Assembly: GCA_965116875.1 (NCBI GenBank)
Contig: OZ220733.1
Span: 3,488,001 to 3,552,000, forward strand
Direction of reading: 5' to 3'
DNA length: 64,000 nucleotides
From: Candidatus Latescibacterota bacterium
GTDB taxonomy: Bacteria > Latescibacterota > UBA2968 > GCA-2709665
Below are positions 63,548 to 64,000 of the stretch, in pieces. The notes under the pieces were generated by a model. The model searched no databases. It saw only the letters and a program-made list of their open reading frames with translations, and was not told the DNA's origin. Within the stretch, counting starts at the first letter, position 1. Every line of letters begins with the position of its first letter. The position numbers and the translations under genes were made by a program.

Positions 63548-63949
63548 TCAGGCTTTCCTAATATTTCGCTTTCGATATTCCACCGGGGAAACGCCATGTA
63601 TCCGTCTGAACGCTTCGTAAAGGCGTTTTGACGAACGGAACCCACATTCGGCCGCGACTTCCTTCATAGACATTTGCGTTTCGGTGATCAGTCGTTCAGC
63701 CCGAGCGATCCTGATCTCTCTCAGTTTTTCCAGAAATGGCATTCCAAGATGTTGCTTGAACAGCCTGCAACCGTATGACCGCGAGAATCGCATTTTACGC
63801 ATGGCGTCATTGAAACTCAGGTCCGGGTTGCTGTAATTTGCCTCCAGAAACGACTCCAACCATGTCTTCCAAGGACTCTGTGAATTCGGAGACGTGCATG
63901 ATGTCTCCTGTATTTCCTCGTGCTGTTTCGCGTTATCCAATTTTCCCAC
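63548..63949 (-). CDS. AraC-family helix-turn-helix transcriptional regulator (stand-alone DNA-binding domain)
   Basis: NY.NPDLS, SRSY..RLFKQ..G, RI.RA..L..T..S.KEVA.ECGF.S...F.R..GVSP.EYRK; start uncertain near the window edge. Confidence 0.85.
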   Translation of the reverse strand: MGKLDNAKQHEEIQETSCTSPNSQSPWKTWLESFLEANYSNPDLSFNDAMRKMRFSRSYGCRLFKQHLGMPFLEKLREIRIARAERLITETQMSMKEVAAECGFRSSKRLYEAFRRIHGVSPVEYRKRNIRKA

Positions 63950-64000
63950 AAGTTCAAATTCGAGCGGTTCTTCTGTCAGATCGAGCGGCGCGGCTGGAGT

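Overview
Bacterial window with a GC-rich core. The gene content (dockerin-like/EF-hand-tagged secreted proteins, a FlgD-Ig C-terminal domain, a DGGGP-synthase-like UbiA, WD40/cadherin/FnIII expansions) suggests an FCB-related, possibly Latescibacterota/Gemmatimonadota-like host-associated organism; this is inference only. Four zones: (1) 1-16.9 kb accessory surface-protein zone with a 2106-aa cohesin/dockerin/cadherin/FnIII adhesin, three tandem secreted WD40-dockerin paralogs, a PhyH dioxygenase and REP repeats, ending at tRNA-Ala(GGC). (2) 17-41 kb housekeeping core: ligA, UbiA, XPB, tsaD, ftsK, lolA, prfB with +1 frameshift, lysS, lolD-like, clpC, bamA (split by an apparent 1-nt deletion), skp, fabZ. 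(3) 41-47 kb aapJQMP amino-acid ABC transporter and a DMFase-like gene. (4) 47-64 kb lower-GC accessory region: a repeat/MITE-rich array of small membrane genes (RDD x2, Yip1, CAAX/CPBP, 84-aa x2), then a co-oriented minus-strand cluster of AraC, beta-propeller, ApbE, FMN-binding protein, two thioredoxin-fold proteins, A24 prepilin peptidase, a 97-aa Cys/Trp-rich peptide with a Flp-pilin-type leader, and an ABC permease. This last cluster is the best candidate for an undescribed system: a prepilin-peptidase-matured, disulfide-rich secreted peptide with its own flavinylated redox chain. All product calls come from motif recognition; no database searches were run.
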